Of a stretch of 64,000 nucleotides of DNA, positions 42,068 through 50,577 are shown piece after piece. Source of the DNA: Spirochaetia bacterium. Lineage in GTDB: Bacteria; Spirochaetota; Spirochaetia; SZUA-6; Bin103. Position numbers and translations under genes: made by a program. Every line of letters starts with the position of its first letter. The stretch's first letter is position 1. Under the pieces are notes generated by a model, which searched no databases, was not told the DNA's origin, and saw nothing but the letters and a program-made list of their open reading frames with translations. The DNA lies in the NCBI GenBank assembly GCA_965198005.1, contig CBDAOI010000002.1:832001-896000 (forward strand), in the 5' to 3' direction.

Positions 42068-42859
42068 CTACGACGGGCCGGCGTCGAGCCCGATGGCGGC
42101 GAACTGAGCGCGGGCGCCGAAGCTCATGTGCCCGGAATCGGAGCCGCAGTTGTTGAACTGGAACCCCTGGGCGATGCGGCGCGCCACCTCCTCGCCGGTG
42201 TTGCACCAGATCCCGCACGGCATACCCGCGCCGCGACAGGTTTCGAGCACCTGCAGCACGACGTTCTCGTGCTCGGTATCAGGCCCCATCTCCGTGAGGC
42301 CCAGGGAGAGCATGAGGTCCAGCGGTCCGATGTAACACGCGTCGAGACCCGGAACGGTCACGATCTCGGCCAGGTTCTCCACCGCCTCGGCGGTCTCGAT
42401 CTGCACCATCACGGCGAGATTGTCCTCCACCCACCGGGAGTAGTCGCGGCCGGTGTACGCGCTCAGGCGGCTGCCGCCATTGCTGCGGATGCCCGCCGGG
42501 GCGTAGCGGGTGTTGCTGACCGCGAATTCGGCGTCCCCTCTGGTTCCGACCATGGGCACCAGCACCCCCATCGCACCCGCGTCGAGGGCGCGCTGAATCC
42601 AGATCGTTTCGTTCCAGGGTACGCGGACGAACGGGGCGCAGCCGCCGAGCTGGGCGGCGCGAAAACAGTTGACCATGCCGTCGTAGCCGACGGTGCTGTG
42701 CTCCACGTCCACCAGCAGCCAGTCCCAGCCCACCTGCGCCTGAATCTCCGCCGACTCCGGAGACGCCAAGCTGATCCAGGTGCCTACGCTGGGCTCTCCC
42801 CGGCGCAGCTTGTCGAGCACGACGTTGCTCTCGATGATCGTCTTTCCAATGCCTTGCAT
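42068..42859 (-). CDS. HpcH/HpaI aldolase family protein
   Basis: DW...DVEH, VRVP, LDAGA.G..VPMV, QIET, IGP.DL. Confidence 0.9.
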   Translation of the reverse strand: MQGIGKTIIESNVVLDKLRRGEPSVGTWISLASPESAEIQAQVGWDWLLVDVEHSTVGYDGMVNCFRAAQLGGCAPFVRVPWNETIWIQRALDAGAMGVLVPMVGTRGDAEFAVSNTRYAPAGIRSNGGSRLSAYTGRDYSRWVEDNLAVMVQIETAEAVENLAEIVTVPGLDACYIGPLDLMLSLGLTEMGPDTEHENVVLQVLETCRGAGMPCGIWCNTGEEVARRIAQGFQFNNCGSDSGHMSFGARAQFAAIGLDAGPS

Positions 42860-42922
42860 GGTGCGCACTAAACCAGAACGGCGCGCAATCGGCAAGCCGG
42901 GGCGGGCAGATTCTACAGATTT

Positions 42923-43150
42923 CTACTCGTCTACTCGCTCTCTACTCGCTCGCTTGCGCGCGGCATGCGCCGGAGTCGCGGCGTTCATCGCCGGCCGCGG
43001 GCTCTCGTTCGGTCTCTTGCGGGCTGCACCGAGCGCCCGCGCGGCGCGGTCGAGTTCCACCAGAATGTCGAACCGTCGCGAGATGGCTTCGGGGGACATG
43101 TCGCGCGACACTCCGCGGCTGCTGGCTTTCGCCTCCTCGACCTGGTTCAC
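42923..43150 (-). CDS. Small protein coupled to a nucleotidyltransferase remnant
   Basis: GTGA overlap with the upstream remnant; DMSPEAISRRF...EL motif. Confidence 0.5.
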   Translation of the reverse strand: MNQVEEAKASSRGVSRDMSPEAISRRFDILVELDRAARALGAARKRPNESPRPAMNAATPAHAARKRASRERVDE

Positions 43151-43345
43151 GATCCACCCTCAAGGTGCTCGACGTCGCTGAGGTCCTGGTATCGTCCGGC
43201 TACCTTCTTCATTGCAATCAGTCCCTTCACCGAAACGACCGTTATCGGCAGGTCGTCCAACTCGTAGACCTCGCGATCCTCCCACACGTCCACGAGAAAA
43301 TCCGGCAACAGCAGCAGATCCACGGTCAGAAGATCATCGCCGATC
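43147..43345 (-). pseudogene. C-terminal remnant of a nucleotidyltransferase (TA-associated type)
   Basis: DLLTVDLLL...ITVVSVKGLIAMKKVAGRYQDLSDVEHL*; no start, cut at the stop of the femX-like gene. Confidence 0.65.
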
Positions 43346-43353
43346 CTTGGACG

Positions 43354-44442
43354 TCACCGAATCGCCGGCGACGCGGGCCGGCCGCGCAACAGAGGGCGAA
43401 GCTGGGCGTAGTACCGCCGGCGCAGCGACTCCGCGCCGCGCAGCAACGGGTACGTCAACGGGTTCATCGGAACATCCCAGCAGCCCCACCGGTGCACGAC
43501 CGCGCCCCCGAACCCGGTCTTGAACCGATACAGCCCCGCCCACGGGTGGCGCGGGTCGGGAGTCGGCGGAATGCCGTACAGGTCGTAGGTGCGGCAGCGG
43601 CGCTCACGCGCCAGGCGCATGGCCGCCCACTGCAGGGCGTAGTTGGCCATCAGCTCCCGGCGGCGCGGCGCCGAGGCGCCGTACAGGTAGCGCGCCATGC
43701 GGCCGCAGACGCTGACGATGATGCCGCCGAGCAGCTCTTCGCCGTAGCAGGCGGAGAGCAGGAACACCTCCGGTGCGGCCACCGCCGCCGCCACCTCGAA
43801 CAGCGTGGCGAAGTAGCGCTCGCTGTGGGCGGTGATGCGGTGCCGCTCGGCGGTAGCGCGGTAGAGACGGTACCAGGCGGCCAGCGCCGGGCCGCGCGCG
43901 GCGGCCGCCGGGGCGACGGTCACGACCACCCCGCGGCGGTGCGCCAGGCGGATGTTGTAGCGCGTCTTGGACTTCATCCGCGCCAACAGCCGTGCCTCGT
44001 CGCCGAGCAGCGGGACCAGCACGGTGCTCGTGGGTTGCACGTCGACCGGCGCCCGCCGCAGGTCGGCGGCAGCAGCGGGCGCCGGCAGCTCGCCCGGGGT
44101 CGCCGGCCACGGCAGGTCGTAACGCACGACCGTGGGACGCGGCGGAGCGGGGCCGTCGAAGAAGGTCCAATTCTGCAGCGTGATGCGGGGAGCCAGATCG
44201 GCCAGCATCTGCGCGGCGTCGCCGGTGGCCGGCGGCGCGGAGGGGGCGCCGGGAACGTACACCAGGGGTCCGAACGGCGTCGGCCGCATCAGGCTCAGGA
44301 GCGTGCCGCCGCTGCCGCGGGCCACCCAGTACACCGGCTCCGGGCGCCAGCCGAAGCGCTGCTTGAAGCGCGCCCAGAGCGCGCTCTGCAGCAACTCGTC
44401 GCCCGGCTTCAGGTCGTCGAGAGCGATCGGGCCCGCCTCCAT
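43354..44442 (-). CDS. FemABX-family peptidoglycan bridge aminoacyltransferase
   Basis: LLQS..WA.FK...GW, KTRYNIRLA...GV, YLYGAS, YDLYG, GLYRFKTGFGG. Confidence 0.9.
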   Translation of the reverse strand: MEAGPIALDDLKPGDELLQSALWARFKQRFGWRPEPVYWVARGSGGTLLSLMRPTPFGPLVYVPGAPSAPPATGDAAQMLADLAPRITLQNWTFFDGPAPPRPTVVRYDLPWPATPGELPAPAAAADLRRAPVDVQPTSTVLVPLLGDEARLLARMKSKTRYNIRLAHRRGVVVTVAPAAAARGPALAAWYRLYRATAERHRITAHSERYFATLFEVAAAVAAPEVFLLSACYGEELLGGIIVSVCGRMARYLYGASAPRRRELMANYALQWAAMRLARERRCRTYDLYGIPPTPDPRHPWAGLYRFKTGFGGAVVHRWGCWDVPMNPLTYPLLRGAESLRRRYYAQLRPLLRGRPASPAIR

Positions 44443-44508
44443 GCGACCCATCGTACCGCGGCCAGATGCCGGCTGCTACGGCCTGACCGGATGGCGGGCA
44501 CGGAGGCG

Positions 44509-44622
44509 CCGTTTGGCGAGTGTGAATGCCCCCCGTCCGACGCCGCCCACGGCGGCGTGGATGAGCGCCCGCTGGCCCGCGCGTAGGCGCGCCAGATGCA
44601 CGAGCGAGTAGTAGGCGGTCAC
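44509..44622 (-). pseudogene. 38-codon shard of a PKS enoyl-reductase / MDR domain
   Basis: [29 protein letters not shown] matches the ER NADPH-binding consensus TAYY.L...A.L..G..VLIHAA.GGVG. Confidence 0.65.
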
Positions 44623-44707
44623 GTCCACCGACCGCACCGAGCCGGCACCTCGTATGACAGGAGGGGGGGATCAACGTGCGTCGGATAGGAAGGCTACGGA
44701 GAACGTC

Positions 44708-44950
44708 ATGGACCTCAGTGGATATCGACAGGGAGTAATCCATCTAGCGTGGTTCCGCGACGACCGAGCTCGGTTCTTGCTCTTTGGCATGGTCCAGTTG
44801 CTACCGACGGAGTTTCCTGGTGGCGGACGCATCAGCGCAATGCTGAATCAATTCGAGCAGTGGCAATCGATTGAGAGAGAGGCGCGCAAGAGCAGGCATA
44901 TCTCGAAAGCTCTGTCTGAAATGCGAGCGGAGATAGACAAACTGAGATGA
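44708..44950 (+). pseudogene. Short AT-richer ORF, probably an N-/C-terminal deletion fusion of an unknown gene
   Basis: GGAG RBS and ATG; beta-rich start joined to a helical tail; composition differs from the backbone. Confidence 0.3.
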
Positions 44951-45069
44951 TTCAACAGACTATCTTCGCGGCCCTATTCGAATCGCGGTGGTGACTGCAC
45001 CAACTGTCGCCTCGGCGCCGTTGGGGAAGTGGTCGGCAGGATGTCATACTCGCGTCCCGAGCTCGCGGT

Positions 45070-45270
45070 ATGGACTCCGCCACAGAGGTGGCCGCACACT
45101 ACGGCATCCTCTGCGTCACCGGGTACATCGTCGACGACGAGATCAAGCATGCCCCCGGCTTCTTCACGAAGCTGGAGCGGCTCGAGACGGCCATGTCGGT
45201 GCGTCACCCCTATCGACTCATGGCAAAGTTCTGCCACGTGATCGCTGCACGCATGGATGGAAGGCGCTAG
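45070..45270 (+). pseudogene. C-terminal remnant of a SAM-dependent methyltransferase (SmtA/CmoM-like)
   Basis: HYGILCV..Y...LERLE.AMS.RHPYRLMAKF.HVIA. Confidence 0.45.
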
Positions 45271-45297
45271 GGGGGCACCTGCCGGGCGGCGGCAGCC

Positions 45298-46458
45298 TCA
45301 CGCGAGCCCCAACTCCTGCAAGGCCGCGCGCCAGTGCAGGCACAGCACACCGTCGATCTGCATCCGCGCCGGATCCCTGCTGATGCACAGGGCCAGCGGC
45401 CGGGCGAAGTCACCCGTGAACCCCGCCAGTCCGCGCGCGTCGCGCTCGTCGATGCGGTCGGATGACTTGATCTCGACCAGCACCACCGGCATGCCGGGCC
45501 GGTCGATCACCAGATCGATCTCGACCCCGCCTCCGGTCCGCAGATAGAACAGCCGCCAGTCCGGGTATCGGTACCTCGAAAGGTGCAGAATCTGGGTGAT
45601 GACGAAGTGTTCGAACGCCTTGCCGAACTCGTAGGTCCCGGAGCGCAGCGGCACCTCGAGCGTCCGTTCCAGGGACCGTTTGACGCCGACGTCGAAGTAG
45701 TAGAACTTCGGATTGGCACGTTGCTGCTTCCGGATCGAGCGGTGATAGGCGGGCAGGTGAAAGCCCACCAGCGTGTCTTCCAGGATGCCGAAATAGGAAA
45801 CGATGGTCTTGGGATCCGCTCCCACGTCGCGGGCGATGTTAGCGTAGTTGATGATGGTGCCGCTCGACTGCGCCGCTACCTCGAGGAACTCCCGGAACGG
45901 ATCGAGCCGTCTGATGATCTGTTCGGCGACAATCTCCTCCTTCAGATAGGTGAGCGCATACGCGCGAAGGTACGCGTGTTTCTCCTCTCTGCCTGCCAGC
46001 GAGTAGAGCTTCGGCAACGTTCCCCAGTGCAGCGCGTCCTCGAGCACGAATGCGTTCTGCAGCTCCGGCACGGTCAGCGGGTAGAGGTTGTACACGAACG
46101 CCCGGCCCGCCAGCAGATTGGACGCCCCGCGCCTGAGCTTCCTGCCGCTCGATCCGGTAAGCACGAACCGCTTGCCGGTGCTTTCGATCAGCCGATGGAC
46201 CACGTCCAGGAGCCGAGGCGCGCGCTGCACCTCGTCGATCAGAATCCACTCCACCGATCCGGGCAGCGCTCTGACCTCACTCTCCAGCCGGCCCGGGCGC
46301 CTCCGATAGCGATCCTCCACCTCCGGGTCCAGCAGGTCCACGCACAACGACGCGTCCGGATCGAACGCTTCCCCGATGTAGGTGGTCTTGCCGGTGCCGC
46401 GCGCGCCGAACAGAAAGAACGAGTTGCTGCGGCTGACCTGCAGCAGCCGGCGGAACAT
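45298..46458 (-). CDS. AAA_14 ATPase with a DUF4143 C-terminal nuclease-like domain
   Basis: GARGTGKT, IDEVQ, LTGSS, LAGRA, KFYYFDVG, EIDLVI...VEIK. Confidence 0.9.
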   Translation of the reverse strand: MFRRLLQVSRSNSFFLFGARGTGKTTYIGEAFDPDASLCVDLLDPEVEDRYRRRPGRLESEVRALPGSVEWILIDEVQRAPRLLDVVHRLIESTGKRFVLTGSSGRKLRRGASNLLAGRAFVYNLYPLTVPELQNAFVLEDALHWGTLPKLYSLAGREEKHAYLRAYALTYLKEEIVAEQIIRRLDPFREFLEVAAQSSGTIINYANIARDVGADPKTIVSYFGILEDTLVGFHLPAYHRSIRKQQRANPKFYYFDVGVKRSLERTLEVPLRSGTYEFGKAFEHFVITQILHLSRYRYPDWRLFYLRTGGGVEIDLVIDRPGMPVVLVEIKSSDRIDERDARGLAGFTGDFARPLALCISRDPARMQIDGVLCLHWRAALQELGLA

Positions 46459-46546
46459 GGCGCAATACTATCAGAAAAAAGGATCGTAGTCCATATTTCT
46501 ATTCTGAAAAGGGATTATGTTCCGCAAACCGCTCCCCGATAGATTC

Positions 46547-47821
46547 TCAGCGGCGCAGCGCCGCGATCAGCCGTTCCGCCTCCTCGACCGAGAGCTTGCC
46601 CTCCTGCAGCAGGTTGAGCACCGTCTTGACCTCGGCGCTGGTGTCGGCCTGCTGCCGCTCGCCGTCACCCGCTTCCGCGGCGCGCGCTTTTTCGGCGCCC
46701 GCCTCGTGCCAGCGCTCGCCACCATGGCGGTGGTGCTCGTGCCGGCCGGGGCCGCCGAACCGGAAGGCGCGCCGCATTTCCCGCGACACCTCCTCGCCCA
46801 GCCGGCCGAACTTCATCCCGAACTGCTTCATGTCGCGCATGAAGCGGGGAAACTCCTCGCTGAAGTCGATGTCGAACCAGACCCCGTGCTGGCGCGGATC
46901 GTGCCGGAAGAACTCGTCCTCGTCGTCGCGCCGCCGGGTATCGAACTCGGTGTATGGCATCACCTGCACTCCTCCTTTCAGGTTGTTGATCAGAATCAGC
47001 AGCTCGGGCGGCTGGCCGCCGAACCGCAGCGTGCTTACGCCGCCTTCGCTGCGGCTGCGGGCGCCGGCGATCGTGCTGCGCATCGACCCCATGGTGCGCA
47101 CCTTGACGGTGGCGTTGATCTGCTCGGGCAGCGCCAGCGTGACCCCGCCGTTGGCTGAGTAGACTGCCAGCCGGCCCGGTCCGTCGGCCGCCGCATCGGC
47201 AGCCGCCGCCGTAGTCGAGGCAGCCTCCTCCCCGTCCGGATCGGCGTCCTCCGCGGCGCCCCCGGCCGGCGCGCCCAGCGGGCTGAGCTGGAGCGCGATG
47301 CGCCCGTTGGCGCTGCGTATCGACCCGCCGCCGACCCGGCTGGCCGCCAGCCGGATACGGCCGTTCGAGGTGGCCGCCTCCAGGTGCGCGGCCTCGACCT
47401 CCTCCAACTCCAGGGAACCGTTGGCGGCGGCGGCCTGCACGCGGCCCCGGTACCGGCGCACGTGCACCGCACCGTTGCGGGTGCGCACCTTGAGCCGGCC
47501 CTGCAGCTCGCCCACCGTGACCGATCCGTTGCGGCTGCGGATCCGGAGCTGCGTGCCCTGCGGCGCGCGCACCTCCAGCACGCCCGGCTCGGGAGTTTCG
47601 GTGCGCTGCTCCTCCAGCCGGACCGCCCGCGGGCCGTCGTTCTCGGCTGCGGCCTCGCGCACCGTGAACCGGCCGTCCGGCGGGTCGGACGATTGCCCCG
47701 CTGCGGCAACGAAGCGGGCGTGCCCTTTGCCGTCGGCGCTCGGGGCGACGGTGAGCGCCGTGTTCAGCAGCATAATCTCAAGCTGCGGTTGTGCCCCCTC
47801 CAGGGGTAACTCGATCGTCAT
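46547..47821 (-). CDS. DUF4097 beta-strand repeat protein with a SHOCT-like C-terminus (YvlB/LiaX-like)
   Basis: Repeated (T/S).NG.(V/I) units; VLNLLQEGKLSVEEAERLI.AL. Confidence 0.8.
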   Translation of the reverse strand: MTIELPLEGAQPQLEIMLLNTALTVAPSADGKGHARFVAAAGQSSDPPDGRFTVREAAAENDGPRAVRLEEQRTETPEPGVLEVRAPQGTQLRIRSRNGSVTVGELQGRLKVRTRNGAVHVRRYRGRVQAAAANGSLELEEVEAAHLEAATSNGRIRLAASRVGGGSIRSANGRIALQLSPLGAPAGGAAEDADPDGEEAASTTAAAADAAADGPGRLAVYSANGGVTLALPEQINATVKVRTMGSMRSTIAGARSRSEGGVSTLRFGGQPPELLILINNLKGGVQVMPYTEFDTRRRDDEDEFFRHDPRQHGVWFDIDFSEEFPRFMRDMKQFGMKFGRLGEEVSREMRRAFRFGGPGRHEHHRHGGERWHEAGAEKARAAEAGDGERQQADTSAEVKTVLNLLQEGKLSVEEAERLIAALRR

Positions 47822-48375
47822 ACAAGGCCTCCTCGACTCGCCGAACCCGGCGTCTCTGGCGGGATCATGCCCTCGCCCTCCTCACGCGGCCGCTCGAACA
47901 GCTTGCGCAGCGCGTCGTCCACGGCGATGCGGCCGGCGCTCACGTCCTTCAACAATTCCATACGCGCCGCGCGGCTCTGCTCCACACGCGCCCGGGCGCC
48001 CGGTTCCGGCCGGGCCGCGGCCGCATCCCGCTCCGCCCCCGGGCCGGCCGCGTCCGCGTCGCCGCCGGCTGCGGCGTCGGCGCGCAGGCGTGCTTCCGCC
48101 AGCCGCGCGTTGACGCTCGCCAGCCGCGCCTTGACGGTGGGGTAGGAGATGCCGACGCGCCGCTCGACGTTGCGGAAACTGCCCTCCGCCTCCAGGAACA
48201 CGTTGACGAAGTGCACCAGCTCCTGCGGCAGCGCGCACACCTCGCAACGCCGAAACGCTCCGCGCAACGCGACGCCGCAGCCGCGGCAGCGGTATTCCCG
48301 CACCAGCATCTCGTCGCCGCACACCGGGCACGCCCCGAGCGGCGCGTGCGCTGCGCCTACGCCCAATTCCGCCAT
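47818..48375 (-). CDS. DUF2089 family zinc-ribbon/HTH protein
   Basis: CPVCG...C..C, F...EGS...VE...GISYPTVK.RL, C-terminal G.I.VDDAL. Confidence 0.85.
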   Translation of the reverse strand: MAELGVGAAHAPLGACPVCGDEMLVREYRCRGCGVALRGAFRRCEVCALPQELVHFVNVFLEAEGSFRNVERRVGISYPTVKARLASVNARLAEARLRADAAAGGDADAAGPGAERDAAAARPEPGARARVEQSRAARMELLKDVSAGRIAVDDALRKLFERPREEGEGMIPPETPGSASRGGLV

Positions 48376-48390
48376 CGCCGTCAAATATGC

Positions 48391-48419
48391 AGCGTATCCT
48401 TGAAAAAATCAAGGGTCAA
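48391..48419 (-). promoter_or_regulatory. Promoter with a palindromic operator for the DUF2089 operon
   Basis: TTGACC-17 bp-TACGCT; the spacer region holds CCTTGA-N5-TCAAGG (48398-48414). Confidence 0.7.
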
Positions 48420-48495
48420 ATAAACTTTTTGCAGGGATTAAGCAGTGGGCCCCTCGACGACCGACGGCGGCCCAGCCGTCCTCGCAGGGTAATTC

Positions 48496-48524
48496 TTGAC
48501 TCCGGGCGGGTTGCACGCTACGTT
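48496..48524 (+). promoter_or_regulatory. Sigma70-type promoter of hflKC
   Basis: TTGACT-17 bp-TACGTT. Confidence 0.6.
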
Positions 48525-48574
48525 CTGTTGCACGATCAGGCGGCGCAATCAGGCACCTCGCCGCAGGGGGATTC

Positions 48575-49561
48575 ATGGCAGAAAGTGACGTTACGCAGGC
48601 ACGCCCGGCGGGCAACTTCAGTCCGCGCGCCGTCGGGGTCGTTGTCGCCGTCGTCGTCTTGTTCGCGATCATCGTGTCCAGCGTGTTCGTGGTGGACCAG
48701 CGGGAGACCGCCGTGGTGCTCCGATTCGGCCGCTTTCAGCGCCTCTCCAATGAGGGCCTGCACTTCAAGCTGCCGTTCGGCATCGATCGCAACATCAACG
48801 TCGAAACCCAACAGGTGAAAAAGCTGGAATTCGGCTACCGGACCGAGCGCGCCGGCGTCCAGACGGTATTCTCGGCCCAGGACTTTTCCGAAGAATCGAT
48901 CATGCTGACCGGCGATCTCAACATCGTCGACGTCGAGTGGTCGATCCAGTATCGGATCGTCGACCCACGACAGTTCCTGTTCAACGTGCTGGACCAGGAA
49001 AAGACGTTGCGCGACATCTCGCAGTCGGTGATCAACCAGTTGGTGGGCGACCGCGCGATACTGGACGTGATCAGCAGCGAGCGTGAGAACATCGAGTTCA
49101 TCGGTCAGCAACGGATGAACGAGATCTACGACTCGTACGAGCTTGGCGTCACGGTCACCGCCCTCAAGCTGCAGAACATCGTGCCGCCCAAGGGCGCGGT
49201 GCAGAACGCCTTCGAGGATGTCAACAAGGCGATCCAGGACCGCAGCCGCTTCATCGAGGAGGGCAAGGAAGCGTACAATCAGGCGATTCCCCGGGCTCGC
49301 GGTCAAGCGTTGCAGATCATCCAGGAGGCCGAGGGCTACCGGGAAGAGCGCATCAACCGCGCCCACGGTGACACCGCCCGCTTCCGCGCCGTGTACGCTG
49401 AGTACCGGCGGAACCCCGAGGTGACTCGCTCGCGCCTCTACTTCGAGATGTTCGAGGACGTGTTCATGAACGCGGACGGCACCGACCTGATCGACCGCAA
49501 CCTGGACAATTTCATTCCATTGAAGAACCTGGTGCCCACCTTCCAAGGAGCTACGCAGTGA
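48575..49561 (+). CDS. hflK: FtsH modulator HflK
   Basis: TM plus SPFH domain; MLTGD.NIV.VE..IQY, AF.DV, P.ARG.A, RLY.E. Confidence 0.93.
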   Translation: MAESDVTQARPAGNFSPRAVGVVVAVVVLFAIIVSSVFVVDQRETAVVLRFGRFQRLSNEGLHFKLPFGIDRNINVETQQVKKLEFGYRTERAGVQTVFSAQDFSEESIMLTGDLNIVDVEWSIQYRIVDPRQFLFNVLDQEKTLRDISQSVINQLVGDRAILDVISSERENIEFIGQQRMNEIYDSYELGVTVTALKLQNIVPPKGAVQNAFEDVNKAIQDRSRFIEEGKEAYNQAIPRARGQALQIIQEAEGYREERINRAHGDTARFRAVYAEYRRNPEVTRSRLYFEMFEDVFMNADGTDLIDRNLDNFIPLKNLVPTFQGATQ

Positions 49562-50559
49562 AGAAAGGGGTAACGATAGGCGTCGTCGTCATATTTCTGG
49601 TCATCGTGTTCCTGATGCTCGGGCCCCTGTGGGTGATGCAGGAGGGCGAGCAGGCGGTGCTGCTGCAGTTCGGGCGCATCGTGGCCTCGCATCGGGACGC
49701 CGGCTTGAAATTGAAGACCCCGGTGATCGACCGCGTGGTCAAGTTTCCCAAGAAGATCCTGTCGTGGGACGGCGCCGCGCAGCGCATCCCCACCGAGGAG
49801 AACCAGTTCATCTGGGTGGACACCACCGCCCGCTGGCGCATTGCCGACCCGCAGCTTTTCTACGAGTCGGTGACCTCCACCGATCAGGCGGCGTCGCGCC
49901 TCGACGACATCATCGACTCCGAGGTGCGCAAGACCATCTCTCGCAACCCGCTCACGGAGGCGGTGCGCAACTCCGACGTGATCAACCAGATCGAGCGGCG
50001 CAACGTATTCGCCACCGCGGGCCCCGAGAGCGAGATCGACGACAGCGTGATCGTCGACACCTTCACCCAGGTTACCTACCCGTCGATCAACAAGGGGCGC
50101 ACCGAGCTGTCGGACGAGGTGCTCACCGAGGCGAGCCGGCTGTTGATCCAGCAGTTCGGCATCGAGCTGATCGACGTGGTGATCCGCCAGATCAAGTACT
50201 CGGACGACCTCACCGAAAGCGTCTACAACCGCATGATCGCCGACCGCCAGCAGATCGCCCAGGCGTTCCGCTCCGACGGCGAGGGACGGAAGGCGGACTG
50301 GCTCGGACAACGCTCGCGCGAGCTCAACGTGGTCCTGTCGGCGGCGCGCCGGCAGGCGGAGGAGATCAAGGGCGACGCCGACGCGCAGGCGGCCAACATC
50401 TACGCCGACGCATACAACCAGGATCCGGAGTTCTACGAGTTCTGGAAGGCGGTCGAAGCGTATCGCATGCTGATGCCGAAGTTCCGCAAGACGCTGACCA
50501 CCGACGCCGAGTTCTTCAAGTACCTGTACAACCAGGAGGGCCAGCTCTCCGGACCGTGA
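49558..50559 (+). CDS. hflC: FtsH modulator HflC
   Basis: SPFH domain; VY.RM..DR...A..FRS.G, DPEFYEF. Confidence 0.93.
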   Translation: MKKGVTIGVVVIFLVIVFLMLGPLWVMQEGEQAVLLQFGRIVASHRDAGLKLKTPVIDRVVKFPKKILSWDGAAQRIPTEENQFIWVDTTARWRIADPQLFYESVTSTDQAASRLDDIIDSEVRKTISRNPLTEAVRNSDVINQIERRNVFATAGPESEIDDSVIVDTFTQVTYPSINKGRTELSDEVLTEASRLLIQQFGIELIDVVIRQIKYSDDLTESVYNRMIADRQQIAQAFRSDGEGRKADWLGQRSRELNVVLSAARRQAEEIKGDADAQAANIYADAYNQDPEFYEFWKAVEAYRMLMPKFRKTLTTDAEFFKYLYNQEGQLSGP

Positions 50560-50577
50560 ACCGGGCGGCGGCGGCGG

